From contig CAZUXA010000008.1 of NCBI GenBank assembly GCA_964624405.1, positions 25,078 to 89,077 on the forward strand: DNA of 64,000 nt. The letters are read 5' to 3'. The translations under genes and the position numbers were made by a program. The notes under the pieces are model-generated. The model searched no databases and had not been told where the DNA came from. It was given only the letters and a program-made list of their open reading frames with translations. Source of the DNA: an uncultured bacterium. Its GTDB lineage: Bacteria > Fermentibacterota > Fermentibacteria > Fermentibacterales > JCC-6. Shown in pieces: positions 37,355-47,407 of the stretch. Within the stretch, counting starts at the first letter, position 1; each line of letters opens with the position of its first letter.

Positions 37355-38715
37355 CACACACCCCCTACAACCATGCCGCGGATAAGAATCGAGGGGCCTC
37401 CGTGGCCGCTTTTGATATTGAGCTGGCCTTTGCCGCACCCTCCCCTCTCGTTGAGATGGAAATCCCCGGCGGCGGCTTCTATGTTTTTCAAAGTAGTGAA
37501 AAGATTGCCCATTATGTTGATGTCTCGAACCATGGGGCCTATCCTGCCGTCTTTCACCGCATAACCGTACTGGGCGCCGAAGGTGAAGTTCTCTCCGGCG
37601 GTCTGGCCGCCCTTTGCGTCGCACAGGTACAAGCCGTCTCCAAGGCGGTCGACGAGTTCCTGAAAACCCGGCTCCCCCGGTTCGAAAAAGATCGTGCCCA
37701 TTCTCACTATGGGTTCGTACCGGTAATCCTCGGCGACGGCGTGGCCCGTGGGAGACTCACGGAACTCTCCGGCGGTTCGGAGGGAATGAAGCCTTCCGGT
37801 GAGAACCCCCTTCTTCATCAGCTGGACCCTTCTTACAGGAACTCCCTCATCGTCGTAACGGTAGTAGCCCACCTGCCCGGGCATGGTGGAATCCGCCACT
37901 ATGTTCACGGCTTCACTGCCAAGCTCGGCGCCCAGCGCCATCTTTGCCCGGAGTGAGGAGTTGTCCTCGATAATGTCCGCCTCGCTGAAGTGTCCGAAGG
38001 CTTCATGGGCGAACACACCGGTCATGGATGGATTCAGAACCACATCGAAGGTGCCGGCCTTCACCGGTTCGGCATCAAGCAGCTTCGCCGCCAGTTCACC
38101 CCGCTTGACAAACTCGTCATCCCGGTTCAAGAGCCTGTGATAACCGTCGGCGCCCCCAACGGATACGCGAATGTTCTGAAGAAGGTCTCCCCTTTTCGCA
38201 ACCGCTTCTCCGCCGATGGCCAGGGTGACAATTCTTTCCCTGATTCCAGCGCCCCTGGTGCTGACAAAGAACTTTTCCCGGTCCACCTCGGAGTAGCCCA
38301 CATTGGTGGTGGCAATCCCGGGCATGTCCATCATTATGCGGCTGTACTTCCGGACAAGGTCAACCTTGTCCTGCAGGGGGATGTGCGAGGGGTCGCCGTT
38401 GAGATCAGGCTCCACATCATCACTGACCGCCGGCGCGTCAGCCAGCACAACGGTCTTCCCGCTGCGGCCCATCACCGTGGCTCCCTCCGAAGCCAGTTTG
38501 AGGGCCTCGGGAACATCCTCTTTCCTGGTTACCGTGGCGGAAGCGAAGCCATGATCACGAAAGACCCGCACAACGAATCCGTCTGTGGAAACCGAGTCCA
38601 CCCCCTTCAACTGGTCCCTTATGAAGTCCGCGCTGGAGGTCAGCATCCGTTCGTAGCGGATGTCGGCGTAGTCCGCCTCCACCTTTTTCAACATTCTGTC
38701 AAGTGTATCGAGCAT
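37354..38715 (-). CDS. tldD: metalloprotease TldD (start at ATG 38715 with GGAGG RBS)
   Basis: It is TldD/PmbA family with the HEAFGH (HExxxH) motif. Confidence 0.85.
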   Translation of the reverse strand: MLDTLDRMLKKVEADYADIRYERMLTSSADFIRDQLKGVDSVSTDGFVVRVFRDHGFASATVTRKEDVPEALKLASEGATVMGRSGKTVVLADAPAVSDDVEPDLNGDPSHIPLQDKVDLVRKYSRIMMDMPGIATTNVGYSEVDREKFFVSTRGAGIRERIVTLAIGGEAVAKRGDLLQNIRVSVGGADGYHRLLNRDDEFVKRGELAAKLLDAEPVKAGTFDVVLNPSMTGVFAHEAFGHFSEADIIEDNSSLRAKMALGAELGSEAVNIVADSTMPGQVGYYRYDDEGVPVRRVQLMKKGVLTGRLHSLRTAGEFRESPTGHAVAEDYRYEPIVRMGTIFFEPGEPGFQELVDRLGDGLYLCDAKGGQTAGENFTFGAQYGYAVKDGRIGPMVRDINIMGNLFTTLKNIEAAAGDFHLNERGGCGKGQLNIKSGHGGPSILIRGMVVGGV

Positions 38716-38820
38716 TAAAATACCTCCAGCCTCTCTTTCCGGAATCTGCGTGACGGGGGTAACATTGCGGAAGATGGGGGCTTCCATCAAGGAAGAGGGA
38801 AGCGGGCGCCGGAAAGGGGG

Positions 38821-38840
38821 GTGAAACCGGCGCCCGCCGG
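38821..38840. terminator. hairpin ccggcg-cc-cgccgg followed, on the minus strand, by TTTCACC; candidate htrA terminator
   Basis: The inverted repeat lies about 20 nt downstream of the htrA stop. Confidence 0.45.
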
Positions 38841-38858
38841 GGTGGGGGGGGAAGATGT

Positions 38859-40277
38859 CTACAGGCGCATCACGATGAAGGATGTTCTGCCGTCGCGCCA
38901 GACAAGAAGCAAAGCGTTTCCAATCGAGTTTTCCAGTGCGCTTTCCACATCGGCGGGTGTTCTCACTCTTCTGCGGTTCACTTCCAGAATCACATCTCCC
39001 GCTTGAAGTCCCGCTCTCATCGCGTTGCCGTCCGGGGAAACATCCACGATAAGCACCGCTTCAGTATTATGTATTCCAAGACGCTCCGCCCGGTTCCCGT
39101 CCAGCTCCTGAAGCCGCCAGCCACGTTCGGATTCCTGAACCCGCGGAGTTTGGCCGGCGGCGGCGGGGGCGTCGGTTTGCGAGCCGAGACGCACCCTTAC
39201 AGTGCGCTCCCTGCCATTGCGTAGAACCGAGAAAGACACCCTGGTTCCGGGTTCTGTGGCGGCTATCCTGTTTCGGAATGAGGGGACGGAGGAAACCGGC
39301 TCACTCTCCACGGCGATGATGATGTCGCCCCTTTCAAGACCGGAACCCGATGCGGGGGTATCAGGAAGAATGTCCGCCAGCAGAACACCGGCAATCCCGT
39401 CCTGAACCCCGAACTGGCTTCGCAGTTCCTCGGTAAGCTCCTGTATCACCACACCGAGCCATCCCCTGCGGACCTCGCCGTAGAGAATCAGGTCGCTCAT
39501 AACATCCTGCACCATTTCAACCGGTATGGCGAAACCGATTCCCTGGTTTCCGCCGGTGCGGCTGGCGATGGCGGTGTTGATTCCGATAAGCTGGCCCCGA
39601 AGGTTCACCAGGGCGCCGCCGCTGTTGCCGGGATTGATTGCGGCATCGGTCTGGATGTAGGATTCGTAGTCCGCGAGGCCCACCCCTTCCCGTCCCAGAA
39701 AGCTGATGATTCCCTGGGTAACGGTCTGGCTCAGGGCGAAGGGGGAGCCTATGGCCAGCACCCATTCCCCCACCCTGGCTCCCCGGCTCTGGCCCATGGC
39801 AACCGCCGGAAGTCCCTCGGCTTCGATGCGAATCACAGCCAGGTCGGTTCTGCTGTCGGACGCCACCAGTTTCCCGGGATACACCTCACCGTTGGAAAGA
39901 ACAACTTCCAGCTCATGGGCCTCTCCGGCTACATGATGGTTCGTGACTATGAAACCGTCTTCCGTGACGATGACGCCACTGCCCAGACCCCTGCGGGTGA
40001 ACTCCCTCTCCCGGGGGGGGCCGAATCCGTAGAAACCCCAGGGAGTCATCCCGAAACCCGGGGATGTGGTGGTGACGGTGGTGCGGGAATTGATGGTGAC
40101 CACACTGGGCCCCACCATCTCCGCGATATCCGCGAAAAGCTCACTGATGGCCATCGGATCGCTGACATACACAGTGACCGTGTCGGGCTTCGCCTCAAAA
40201 CCTGCAACGGGAAACTCAGGAAGGGATTGCAGGAAAAACAGAGATACTGCGGCGAAGCTCAATAGTACCGTTGTCAA
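38859..40277 (-). CDS. htrA: periplasmic serine endoprotease DegP/HtrA (trypsin-like domain + 2 PDZ)
   Basis: The catalytic triad context (TNHHV, DLAVI, GNSGGAL) and two PDZ-like segments are present. Confidence 0.9.
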   Translation of the reverse strand: MTTVLLSFAAVSLFFLQSLPEFPVAGFEAKPDTVTVYVSDPMAISELFADIAEMVGPSVVTINSRTTVTTTSPGFGMTPWGFYGFGPPREREFTRRGLGSGVIVTEDGFIVTNHHVAGEAHELEVVLSNGEVYPGKLVASDSRTDLAVIRIEAEGLPAVAMGQSRGARVGEWVLAIGSPFALSQTVTQGIISFLGREGVGLADYESYIQTDAAINPGNSGGALVNLRGQLIGINTAIASRTGGNQGIGFAIPVEMVQDVMSDLILYGEVRRGWLGVVIQELTEELRSQFGVQDGIAGVLLADILPDTPASGSGLERGDIIIAVESEPVSSVPSFRNRIAATEPGTRVSFSVLRNGRERTVRVRLGSQTDAPAAAGQTPRVQESERGWRLQELDGNRAERLGIHNTEAVLIVDVSPDGNAMRAGLQAGDVILEVNRRRVRTPADVESALENSIGNALLLVWRDGRTSFIVMRL

Positions 40278-40405
40278 TTTCTCTCCTTTCCTGTCAGGGT
40301 TGCCCCTTTTCTACCCGGCAAAAACTGACTTGTTCCATCGGATTCCCCGCGGATTGACGAATGGAAAGCGGTGGCTTATGTGAATGGAAAATGAAAGGGG
40401 ATAGT

Positions 40406-41050
40406 ATGTTCCTGTATGTTTTCCTCGTCGCCGTAATGTTCAGGCTGCCCTCTCCGGTTCCCCTGCCACCGCCGGATACCACCGGGGGGATGAGCCTCTC
40501 CCAGGCCCTCGATGAAAGGAGATCTGTCCGTTCCTTCAGCGAAACCGACAGCCTGACCCTGCAGCAGCTTGCACAACTGCTGTGGGCGGCCCAGGGCAAA
40601 ACCGGCGCCAGGGGAGGGCGAACTGCTCCCTCCGCCGGGGCGACATACCCTCTGGAAGCGCTCTGCGTGGTGGACAGGGTTTCCGGGCTCGAGCCGGGGC
40701 TGTACCGGTACTCTCCGGTGGAGCACCACCTTGTTCCCCTGTTCCACAGTGAGGGCCTTGCCCGGGAACTGGCGGCGGCTTGCCTGGGCCAGTCCTGGAT
40801 GGCCCGGGCCTCGGCGACCCTGATTCTATCCGCGATTTACTCCAGAACCACGGATCACTACGGTATCCGGGGAACCCGCTATGTGGACATGGAAGCCGGT
40901 CACGCCGGACAGAACATCTACCTGCAGGCTGTGGCGCTGGGTCTGGGAACATGCGCCGTGGGGGCATTCAGAGAGGCGGATGTGGCCCGGCTGCTGAGGC
41001 TGGACGGTGTTGAACCCCTGTACATCTTTCCGGTGGGGGTCAGAGAGTAG
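40406..41050 (+). CDS. SagB/ThcOx-type (nitroreductase-fold) dehydrogenase. The start is ambiguous: ATG 40406 has an AAGGGG RBS and adds a hydrophobic Pro-rich leader, while the canonical domain begins at MSLSQALDERRSVRSF (ATG 40490).
   Basis: The domain matches the SagB-type dehydrogenase pattern (RRSVRSF...LWAAQG...PSAGATYPLE...GHAGQNIYLQA). Confidence 0.65.
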   Translation: MFLYVFLVAVMFRLPSPVPLPPPDTTGGMSLSQALDERRSVRSFSETDSLTLQQLAQLLWAAQGKTGARGGRTAPSAGATYPLEALCVVDRVSGLEPGLYRYSPVEHHLVPLFHSEGLARELAAACLGQSWMARASATLILSAIYSRTTDHYGIRGTRYVDMEAGHAGQNIYLQAVALGLGTCAVGAFREADVARLLRLDGVEPLYIFPVGVRE

Positions 41051-41055
41051 GCGCC

Positions 41056-41784
41056 TCAGAACCTTGCTTCCAGGCCGAGAACCGCGTAGTTCAACCAGGC
41101 GAAACTGTACACCGACTCAACATCGGCGCCGCCCTCGATGGTTCTGTAACCCCCGAGAAGGCTCACCCTGTCGCTGATTTCACGGCTCAGTTTCAGCGAC
41201 ACATCGAAAGCCCGGCCGGGACCGCCGGCAAGACCGTTGAAATCAAGCACGAAGCTGGTGCCGGGGCAGAACATGTACTCCCCCCGAAGGTAGAGCAGGG
41301 GCACGAAACCCAGGTCGGTCTTTTCCGTGTAGAGGTTTTCCTGTTCCAGGCTTATCTTCGCGTCACGGATCTTGGCGGTAAACCCGAAACGCCACCGCCA
41401 TGATTCACCTTCATGAAAAAGGTAACCGTAGCCAACCCGCCACGAGTTGAACTTGAAAACGACATCGGTTGCCCCCGGGGGAAACACCGTACCCTCGAAA
41501 ACCGCCTCTTCGGAAAGCTCCACGCTTTCAGCAATCTGCAGCGGGGCAAGGGTGATCTGCAGCCGGTGCCTGTAGCCCGGATCCCAGTTGATGAACACTC
41601 TTCCCGCTCCCACCGGACCGGCGCCCGCAAGGTCGACAAGGTCGATCTCAGTGGCTTCGGGGTTGTTTGGAATTCGAAAGTCGTTCCGGGCCTGCCACAC
41701 CAGCCCACCCTCAAACTCCGCGGAAAAGCCAGCGGCACAAACCCCGGCGGCAATCAGGACCAATACGGGCAGAAGATTTTTCAT
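41056..41784 (-). CDS. hypothetical outer-membrane beta-barrel protein (start ATG 41784, GGAGG RBS)
   Basis: A signal peptide (MKNLLPVLVLIAAGVCAAGFSA), beta-strand periodicity and a C-terminal aromatic (..LEARF) are present. Confidence 0.5.
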   Translation of the reverse strand: MKNLLPVLVLIAAGVCAAGFSAEFEGGLVWQARNDFRIPNNPEATEIDLVDLAGAGPVGAGRVFINWDPGYRHRLQITLAPLQIAESVELSEEAVFEGTVFPPGATDVVFKFNSWRVGYGYLFHEGESWRWRFGFTAKIRDAKISLEQENLYTEKTDLGFVPLLYLRGEYMFCPGTSFVLDFNGLAGGPGRAFDVSLKLSREISDRVSLLGGYRTIEGGADVESVYSFAWLNYAVLGLEARF

Positions 41785-41859
41785 GGCTGACAATCCTCCG
41801 ATTTGAAGAAGGGGGGAGGCTTTCGCCTCCCCCCGGTGGGTCAATTCGATTCGGCCGGC

Positions 41860-42531
41860 TTAGAAGAGGGACTTGATGGCTCCCCAGGAGTCACGGGTGA
41901 GGGAGGTTTCCGCGCCGCTGAGAATCATGAACTGCTCGTAGGCTTCGCCCCAGGCAGCCTGGCTGGTGATCCAGCTGCCGCCGTTGTCCTGGCTGAAGTA
42001 GGTCTGGTCGGCCCAGGTCTGGCTGGTGCAAAGCCAGTAGTGAGCGCCGGCGCCGCCGGTGGTCTGCATGGCGAACCAGTACTTGGTTCCACCGGTGAAG
42101 GTGATGTTGTCGGTAGGCGCGACCTCGGTGTACCAGATGGCGTATCCCCACTGGGAGAGACCGGTGTTCTCGTGGTAGGGGGTGCCGGAGGTGGTGCTCT
42201 GAACGATGGCTCCGGGGCCGGAACCGCTGTCGGAGCGGAGCTGAATGTTGAATCCGGTGCAGCTGGCGGAAGCGTAGATGGCCCAGATTTCGATGTTGTC
42301 GATGTAGCCATCAACTGCGTAGGTGAAGTCGTCGGCGATCATCCAGCTGTTGGGCTGGGAGAAGCCAACGCCGTTCACGAGGTTCGCGAAGACGAAGGGC
42401 TGGGAGCAGATGACATCTTCAAGGCTTACGCCTACGGGAATCAGCTCCTGGTTCAGGTGGCCGAGCTGGCTGGGGGGGGCCGCAAGGGCGAGCCCTGCGA
42501 GCAGTACCACGATAAGAGCGGTAATCTTCAT
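41860..42531 (-). CDS. small secreted protein with C-terminal SWGAIKSLF tail (start ATG 42531, AAGGAG RBS)
   Basis: A signal peptide and a G/S/T/W/Y-rich beta-sandwich-like body are present. The tail ...SLTRDSWGAIKSLF is shared with 47408..48007. Confidence 0.55.
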   Translation of the reverse strand: MKITALIVVLLAGLALAAPPSQLGHLNQELIPVGVSLEDVICSQPFVFANLVNGVGFSQPNSWMIADDFTYAVDGYIDNIEIWAIYASASCTGFNIQLRSDSGSGPGAIVQSTTSGTPYHENTGLSQWGYAIWYTEVAPTDNITFTGGTKYWFAMQTTGGAGAHYWLCTSQTWADQTYFSQDNGGSWITSQAAWGEAYEQFMILSGAETSLTRDSWGAIKSLF

Positions 42532-42623
42532 TAAGATACTCCTTCTATGTTGGGGTTGCACTCAAGGAACAATGGGTTTCATAACGCCGGTCACAGGGCG
42601 TGTCAAGCCTTTGGAGCAGGGGG

Positions 42624-44147
42624 CTAAATCTCCTTCCAGAGCTCCGGAGACGCCGGAAGCCCGCGAAGAGCCTGCTCGTTTACCTTCACACCGAACCTGT
42701 TTCTCTGTTCAAGAAGAAACCCGTCAGTGTACTCGGCCTCGAGACGGTTCTGCGCCGCGTCACGAAGCCTGTCTTCCAGCTCATCAATTGTGGCCGGCCT
42801 CGGGGGAATCACCTCCAGAAGCCTGAACGCCCCGAAGAAGCCGGGCTCTATCTCGAAGGGACCCATCCAGGTGGTGGTGTCGTCGGCATCAATGTCGAAC
42901 AGCGCCGATGAGATGTTTCCGGGAAGACCGACCCTCATCAGCGGCACTGTCACACCCGGGCTGTCCTGGGAGGCGGAAAGCCCCGGAACAGGTGGAAATG
43001 ATTCCGGACCCCCGGGCTCGAGAAGAGAGTTCCGGAACCGGTCAAGGTCTTCGATTCCCGAAGACGCCGTTGCGAAAACCCGCCGCTCGGCGGTGAGTAC
43101 CGGCTCGGAAAGCAGTGAGTACTCCCGCTCAAGGTCTTCCCTGGTAACCTCGACATGACGAAGAACATGCTCCCTCATCAGCAGTTCCGCTCCGCGGCGC
43201 CTGCTGAATGCCAGCGAGGCCTGAACAACGGAGTCGGCTGCGGCGGGGTACCGGGCCTGGAGAAGGTTTTTGAAGTGGCTCTGCATGAACAGGTTCTCAG
43301 TTATCATGTCTATCCATTCAGGGCCTGAACTCAGGTAGGGAACCCTTGTCTGGAAGAAGCGGAGTTCCTGCTCCAGCTGCCCCCTGGTCCATTCTCCGAG
43401 CGGGGATGAAACAACGACCGAGTCCTCCGGGATGGATGAGATATCCCCCAAACCCTGGCTGACCAGTGTTCCCGGATCACTTCGCAGGACATAATAGGTT
43501 TTCAGGTAATGAAACCTTTCCCTGCCGTAGCCGATGATCTGGATGAGGGTGCTGTCCGGTTCCGACGAAGGCCGGGAATGGGGCATGTTGTCGAAAAGGG
43601 AGTCGAGAACCACGCTTCCATACTCCTCCAGAACAACGCTCTGCCCGGGGCTGAGCCCGTTCAGCGCTGAAGCCAGCTCGCGGGGAAGCTCGGTTAGAGG
43701 CAGGGGGCCAATTGGTCCAGTATCCTCAAGGGTGAACCATGCCATCACGCCCTCCCGTGCCCTGAAGAAATCCAGGTCGGAATCGTTGACAGAAGCCATC
43801 TCTTCATGAGCGAGCAGAGACCTGGCCCGGATGGCGGATTCCACCCTGAGCCATGACGACGTAAAGGCTGTCAGATCGGGATCGTCAAGAATGCCTGAAG
43901 AATCAAGAAGGACCTCCAGCGCCGCCTTTCCCGCCAGCGCTTCCACAAACTCCCGGGATGGATTATCCGACCGTGCGAAGAAGGCTCTGTCCGATTCTTC
44001 GAGGCCTTCCCACAATACTCCGGCCTCGCGGACAGTTACGGTGTCGTTTTCCGTGGCCACAAGCCAGGTATCGCCGTCCACCGCCGGTGATCCGCATCCC
44101 GATGCAATCATGAACAAAGTAAAACCATAAACAGCAGCGCGTTTCAT
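42624..44147 (-). CDS. hypothetical lipoprotein (start ATG 44147), possibly chaperone/SurA-like
   Basis: A lipobox MIASGC|G is present, with no firm domain call. Confidence 0.4.
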   Translation of the reverse strand: MKRAAVYGFTLFMIASGCGSPAVDGDTWLVATENDTVTVREAGVLWEGLEESDRAFFARSDNPSREFVEALAGKAALEVLLDSSGILDDPDLTAFTSSWLRVESAIRARSLLAHEEMASVNDSDLDFFRAREGVMAWFTLEDTGPIGPLPLTELPRELASALNGLSPGQSVVLEEYGSVVLDSLFDNMPHSRPSSEPDSTLIQIIGYGRERFHYLKTYYVLRSDPGTLVSQGLGDISSIPEDSVVVSSPLGEWTRGQLEQELRFFQTRVPYLSSGPEWIDMITENLFMQSHFKNLLQARYPAAADSVVQASLAFSRRRGAELLMREHVLRHVEVTREDLEREYSLLSEPVLTAERRVFATASSGIEDLDRFRNSLLEPGGPESFPPVPGLSASQDSPGVTVPLMRVGLPGNISSALFDIDADDTTTWMGPFEIEPGFFGAFRLLEVIPPRPATIDELEDRLRDAAQNRLEAEYTDGFLLEQRNRFGVKVNEQALRGLPASPELWKEI

Positions 44148-44232
44148 AGAAGTACCCCCGACTGAGTCATTGGAAAACACCCGAAGCGGTACAAAGGCAA
44201 ACCTCATGCATTATAGCGAGGCTTGCCCGTGT

Positions 44233-44269
44233 GGAACAAACGGAAGGGGCAACCCGCCGGGGCTGCCCC
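44233..44269 (-). terminator. rho-independent terminator of the subtilase gene (GGGGCAGCCCCGGCGGGTTGCCCC + TTCCGTTTGTT on minus strand)
   Basis: The GC hairpin and T-rich tail lie 25 nt after the stop. Confidence 0.6.
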
Positions 44270-44294
44270 TGCTATCGACAGGCTTGCGGAGCTT

Positions 44295-46019
44295 CTAGCG
44301 AACCACGGTCATACGGCTTGCCGCGGTGCCGGCCGGGGTCGCGGCCCGCACGAAGTAAATGCCGCTGCCCAGGTTCTCGGGAAGGCTCCAGATGTAGCTG
44401 TGGGTACCCGATGCGAGGTTGCCGGAGTGAACCTGCGCCACGGCTCTGCCCGCCACATCGAATACCTGGATGGACACCGCCCCCTCAAAGGGCATGTGGA
44501 GGGAAAAGGCCGCCGCGTTCGAAACGGGGTTGGGAGAAACGCCGGAAAGAAGCTGCGCGGAAGGCGGGACATCAAAATGGGTTTCGCCCTCGGTACCCAC
44601 CATCTGAAGCGCTGCCAGCGCAGCCTGGTAGGCATCCACCCTGCCGGCTCCGTAGGTGTTGTCCTTGCCCGCCGAGCCCAGGTCGAGGGAAGTCATCTCG
44701 ATGAGGGAATCAAGCTGTGCGACGGTGAGCTCAGGGTTGATGCTGAGAAGCAGCGCCGCGACTCCCGCCAGGTGAGGCGTGGCCATGGAGGTGCCGCTCA
44801 TGGTGGTGTATCCGCTGTAAAGGGCGGTGCTGAGAACATCAACACCCGGGCCGCTGATGTCGGGCTTGATCAGGGGCTGTGAATCACTGTAATCGAACCA
44901 GGGGGACACGCCTCCCCACCAGGTCACCGGACCCCGGCTGGACCAGCTGGCGATCTGGTCGCTGGTATTGGTTGCTCCTACTGTGACCACCGCGGTCTGG
45001 CCGCCCTCAAAAATCTGATCGGGATGGAACCAGGGGGGAGGGCAGTCACCGCTGGCCCTGATGGTTCCCGCTCCGGACCCGCTGTTGCCCGCGGCGACAC
45101 TGTGGTACACACCCGCGAGCAGAAGGTTCTCCTCAGCTGTTCTGAGGGTGGCATTGCCCACCGGGGTTGTTCCCAGTGACATGGTGAGCACCGAAGCGCC
45201 GTTCTCGGTGGCGAACTCCATGGCCTGTATCCAGGTGGGAAAACCGCCGGTGTAGTAGTGGATCCTCAAAGCCATGATGGTGGCCGAGGGCGCCACGCCG
45301 GTCTGGGTTCCCGCGGTGCCGTCGCCGGCCACTGTGCCGGCGCAATGGGTTCCGTGACCGTCATCGTCCATGGGATCCAGAGGGTTGCCGCTTCCGTAGA
45401 AGTTGTAACCGTAATGGTAGCCGGCATCGGTGTCGTGCCACATGTTGTTCCCGAGATCGGAATGGTTGTAGTTCACACCGGTGTCGATGACGCCAACGAT
45501 CACCCCCTGCCCCTCGTAGCCCAGGGCCCACACATCAGGGGCGTTGATCTTGTCCACACCCCAGGCGTTCGCCATGAGCAGTTCTTCCCTGGTTGCCTCC
45601 CGGCGCTCCACAGGCTCGATTAGAGCGCCTTCCGGGGCGCCGTGGTCAATGAAGCGGACATCGGGCCTGGCGGCGAGAAGCCTCACGACTTCAGGCGCGG
45701 CTTCACAGTAGAAACCGTTCAGCAGCCAGAAGGGAACCAGCCTTTCAACCCGGTGGTCTTCCAGAAATGCCAGAACACTCTGCTGTGAAAGCGCAGCGTT
45801 GGACTTGAGAGCCTCCACCACGAACTGCTGCCTGTCCCCCCGGGTCATTCCCGCGGTGGCGGCCTGAATCCAGTCAATGTCCGGAGCGGCGCTCATGTGT
45901 ACCACAATGGGAACCAGCTCTCCGGGGACAGCCCCGGCCATGTTCTGGAGAACATCGGGGTGAATGTATCCGGAGTTGGCAACTCCGGCCATAACCATGA
46001 GAAGCAGAATCTTCATCAC
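44295..46019 (-). CDS. S8 subtilisin-like serine protease with T9SS C-terminal sorting domain
   Basis: The catalytic D (VIDTGV), H (HGTHCAGT) and S (GTSMATPHLAG) are present. The C-terminal Por_Secre_tail reads PNPVSN...IQVFDVAGRAV...GIYFVRAA. Confidence 0.85.
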   Translation of the reverse strand: MMKILLLMVMAGVANSGYIHPDVLQNMAGAVPGELVPIVVHMSAAPDIDWIQAATAGMTRGDRQQFVVEALKSNAALSQQSVLAFLEDHRVERLVPFWLLNGFYCEAAPEVVRLLAARPDVRFIDHGAPEGALIEPVERREATREELLMANAWGVDKINAPDVWALGYEGQGVIVGVIDTGVNYNHSDLGNNMWHDTDAGYHYGYNFYGSGNPLDPMDDDGHGTHCAGTVAGDGTAGTQTGVAPSATIMALRIHYYTGGFPTWIQAMEFATENGASVLTMSLGTTPVGNATLRTAEENLLLAGVYHSVAAGNSGSGAGTIRASGDCPPPWFHPDQIFEGGQTAVVTVGATNTSDQIASWSSRGPVTWWGGVSPWFDYSDSQPLIKPDISGPGVDVLSTALYSGYTTMSGTSMATPHLAGVAALLLSINPELTVAQLDSLIEMTSLDLGSAGKDNTYGAGRVDAYQAALAALQMVGTEGETHFDVPPSAQLLSGVSPNPVSNAAAFSLHMPFEGAVSIQVFDVAGRAVAQVHSGNLASGTHSYIWSLPENLGSGIYFVRAATPAGTAASRMTVVR

Positions 46020-46101
46020 TGTTTCGTCCTTTCCATAACGGGTTCCATATCAGCGCAATACTTGGGACAGAACTCAGGCTCCGTGCTTCATTTCATCCAT
46101 A

Positions 46102-46118
46102 CCTATCAATGTGATAGG
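46102..46118. promoter_or_regulatory. perfect palindrome CCTATCA-atg-TGATAGG in the divergent intergenic region (candidate operator)
   Basis: The 7-bp inverted repeat with 3-nt spacer lies between the S8 protease start and the propeller-lipoprotein start. Confidence 0.4.
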
Positions 46119-46273
46119 ATAACAGAACGGGCCCGCAAAAACCATGCGTTCAGAACAGCCCGATTACTGCTACCCGCTTCCCCGGCCCCGGGTTCCGGAG
46201 CAAGGCCCCCGCCGGCAGTTGACAGGGCGTGTTTTGAATATATTCTTGCGGAACACAACTGGAGGAATCATCT

Positions 46274-47380
46274 ATGAACAGGTTGATATTCGTGATAAGC
46301 GGCGTATTACTCATTTCAGGATGCGAAAACGCAGCCATCCCCGCCGAGTCCGGGGTATCTTTATGCACCCTTTCGATTATTGACTCGGTAGGCGTGGAAC
46401 TTGGAGATTCGGCGTACATCTTCGGGGCCATACTGGGTGCGGAGTTCATGCCCTTCGGGGGATTCGCGGTTCTGGACAGGGCGGCGGGCAACATCAGGCT
46501 CTACTCTGACACCGGTTCCCATCAGAGAACAATCAGCCGCGGGGGAAGCGGCCCGGGTGAGATTGTGCAGGCCTACGGCCTTATTGTGTGGCCCAACGGA
46601 GACATGGGCGTCTTCGACCCCTACCAGGGCGGTCTGATGCGGTTCAACCCCGGGGGAGAATACCTGGGGCTTCAGTTTGAAGCGGTCCAGAACATTCCTC
46701 TCGATCCTGTAATGGTGGGAGACTCATCCTATGTAGCGATGAGATCCGCCATCCACCATGAGAACGATCAGGTTTTTGTGGAAAGCTTTCTGGGCAGTTT
46801 TCCAATGACCTGGGAGCCTTCCGTCAAGTACATCTCGGATCTGACCCTGTTTGATCCGAGCGGACTGGGCGACTTTCTGATAAGCACCTTTTTCTATCGG
46901 CCATGGACGGTGGACCGCAGAAGGGGAACGGTGTATGTGGCCCCATACGACCAAGGCAGATACAGCATCATGGTGTTCAACCCTGATGGTAGCTCCGGGG
47001 GTGTTCTCACCCTGCCCACGGTTCCGGTGGAGAAAACCCCGGACGAAATCGCCGGGGAAAGGGAATACATCGCCGCCTTCCTCACCGCCGCCGAGGGAGG
47101 AGACCCGATGTACAATGTATGGTGCGATCCTCTCCCCTTCAAACACCCGGTGGGCTCCATGACCGTGGACGACGCTGGAAACCTCTGGGTGCTCCGGGGT
47201 GATCGGGACGATGTGTTCTTCAATGTCTGGAACGCCTCGGGAGAACATGCCTTCGACTGTGTTCTGCCAGGGGTTCCCGGTGGGGACATTCGATTCAGAG
47301 TGTCTGGTAACCGTATGCTTCTCTACCGGGAAAACCCCCTGGATTATCAGAAGATATACATCATCGCCGTTCCATGGTAG
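46274..47380 (+). CDS. NHL-repeat / 6-bladed beta-propeller lipoprotein (paralog of 22528..23655)
   Basis: A lipobox LLISGC|E and GSGPGEI...GDMGVFD are present. The N-terminal block is conserved with the first copy, and both end in ..YIID/..YIIAVPW. Confidence 0.6.
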   Translation: MNRLIFVISGVLLISGCENAAIPAESGVSLCTLSIIDSVGVELGDSAYIFGAILGAEFMPFGGFAVLDRAAGNIRLYSDTGSHQRTISRGGSGPGEIVQAYGLIVWPNGDMGVFDPYQGGLMRFNPGGEYLGLQFEAVQNIPLDPVMVGDSSYVAMRSAIHHENDQVFVESFLGSFPMTWEPSVKYISDLTLFDPSGLGDFLISTFFYRPWTVDRRRGTVYVAPYDQGRYSIMVFNPDGSSGGVLTLPTVPVEKTPDEIAGEREYIAAFLTAAEGGDPMYNVWCDPLPFKHPVGSMTVDDAGNLWVLRGDRDDVFFNVWNASGEHAFDCVLPGVPGGDIRFRVSGNRMLLYRENPLDYQKIYIIAVPW

Positions 47381-47407
47381 CGCTCGAATGTTCACGAAGG
47401 GGGGATC

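Noticed and set aside
37355-37624. Arg-rich N-terminal extension of the 526-aa pmbA ORF
   Set aside because: The extension overlaps the tldD coding sequence in another frame and is extremely Arg-rich. The internal ATG 37354 coincides with the tldD stop and gives a normal-length PmbA.
38843-38851. G8 homopolymer near the htrA terminator
   Set aside because: It lies in the 3-prime untranslated region between convergent or adjacent genes, with no promoter or coding context that would make length variation consequential.
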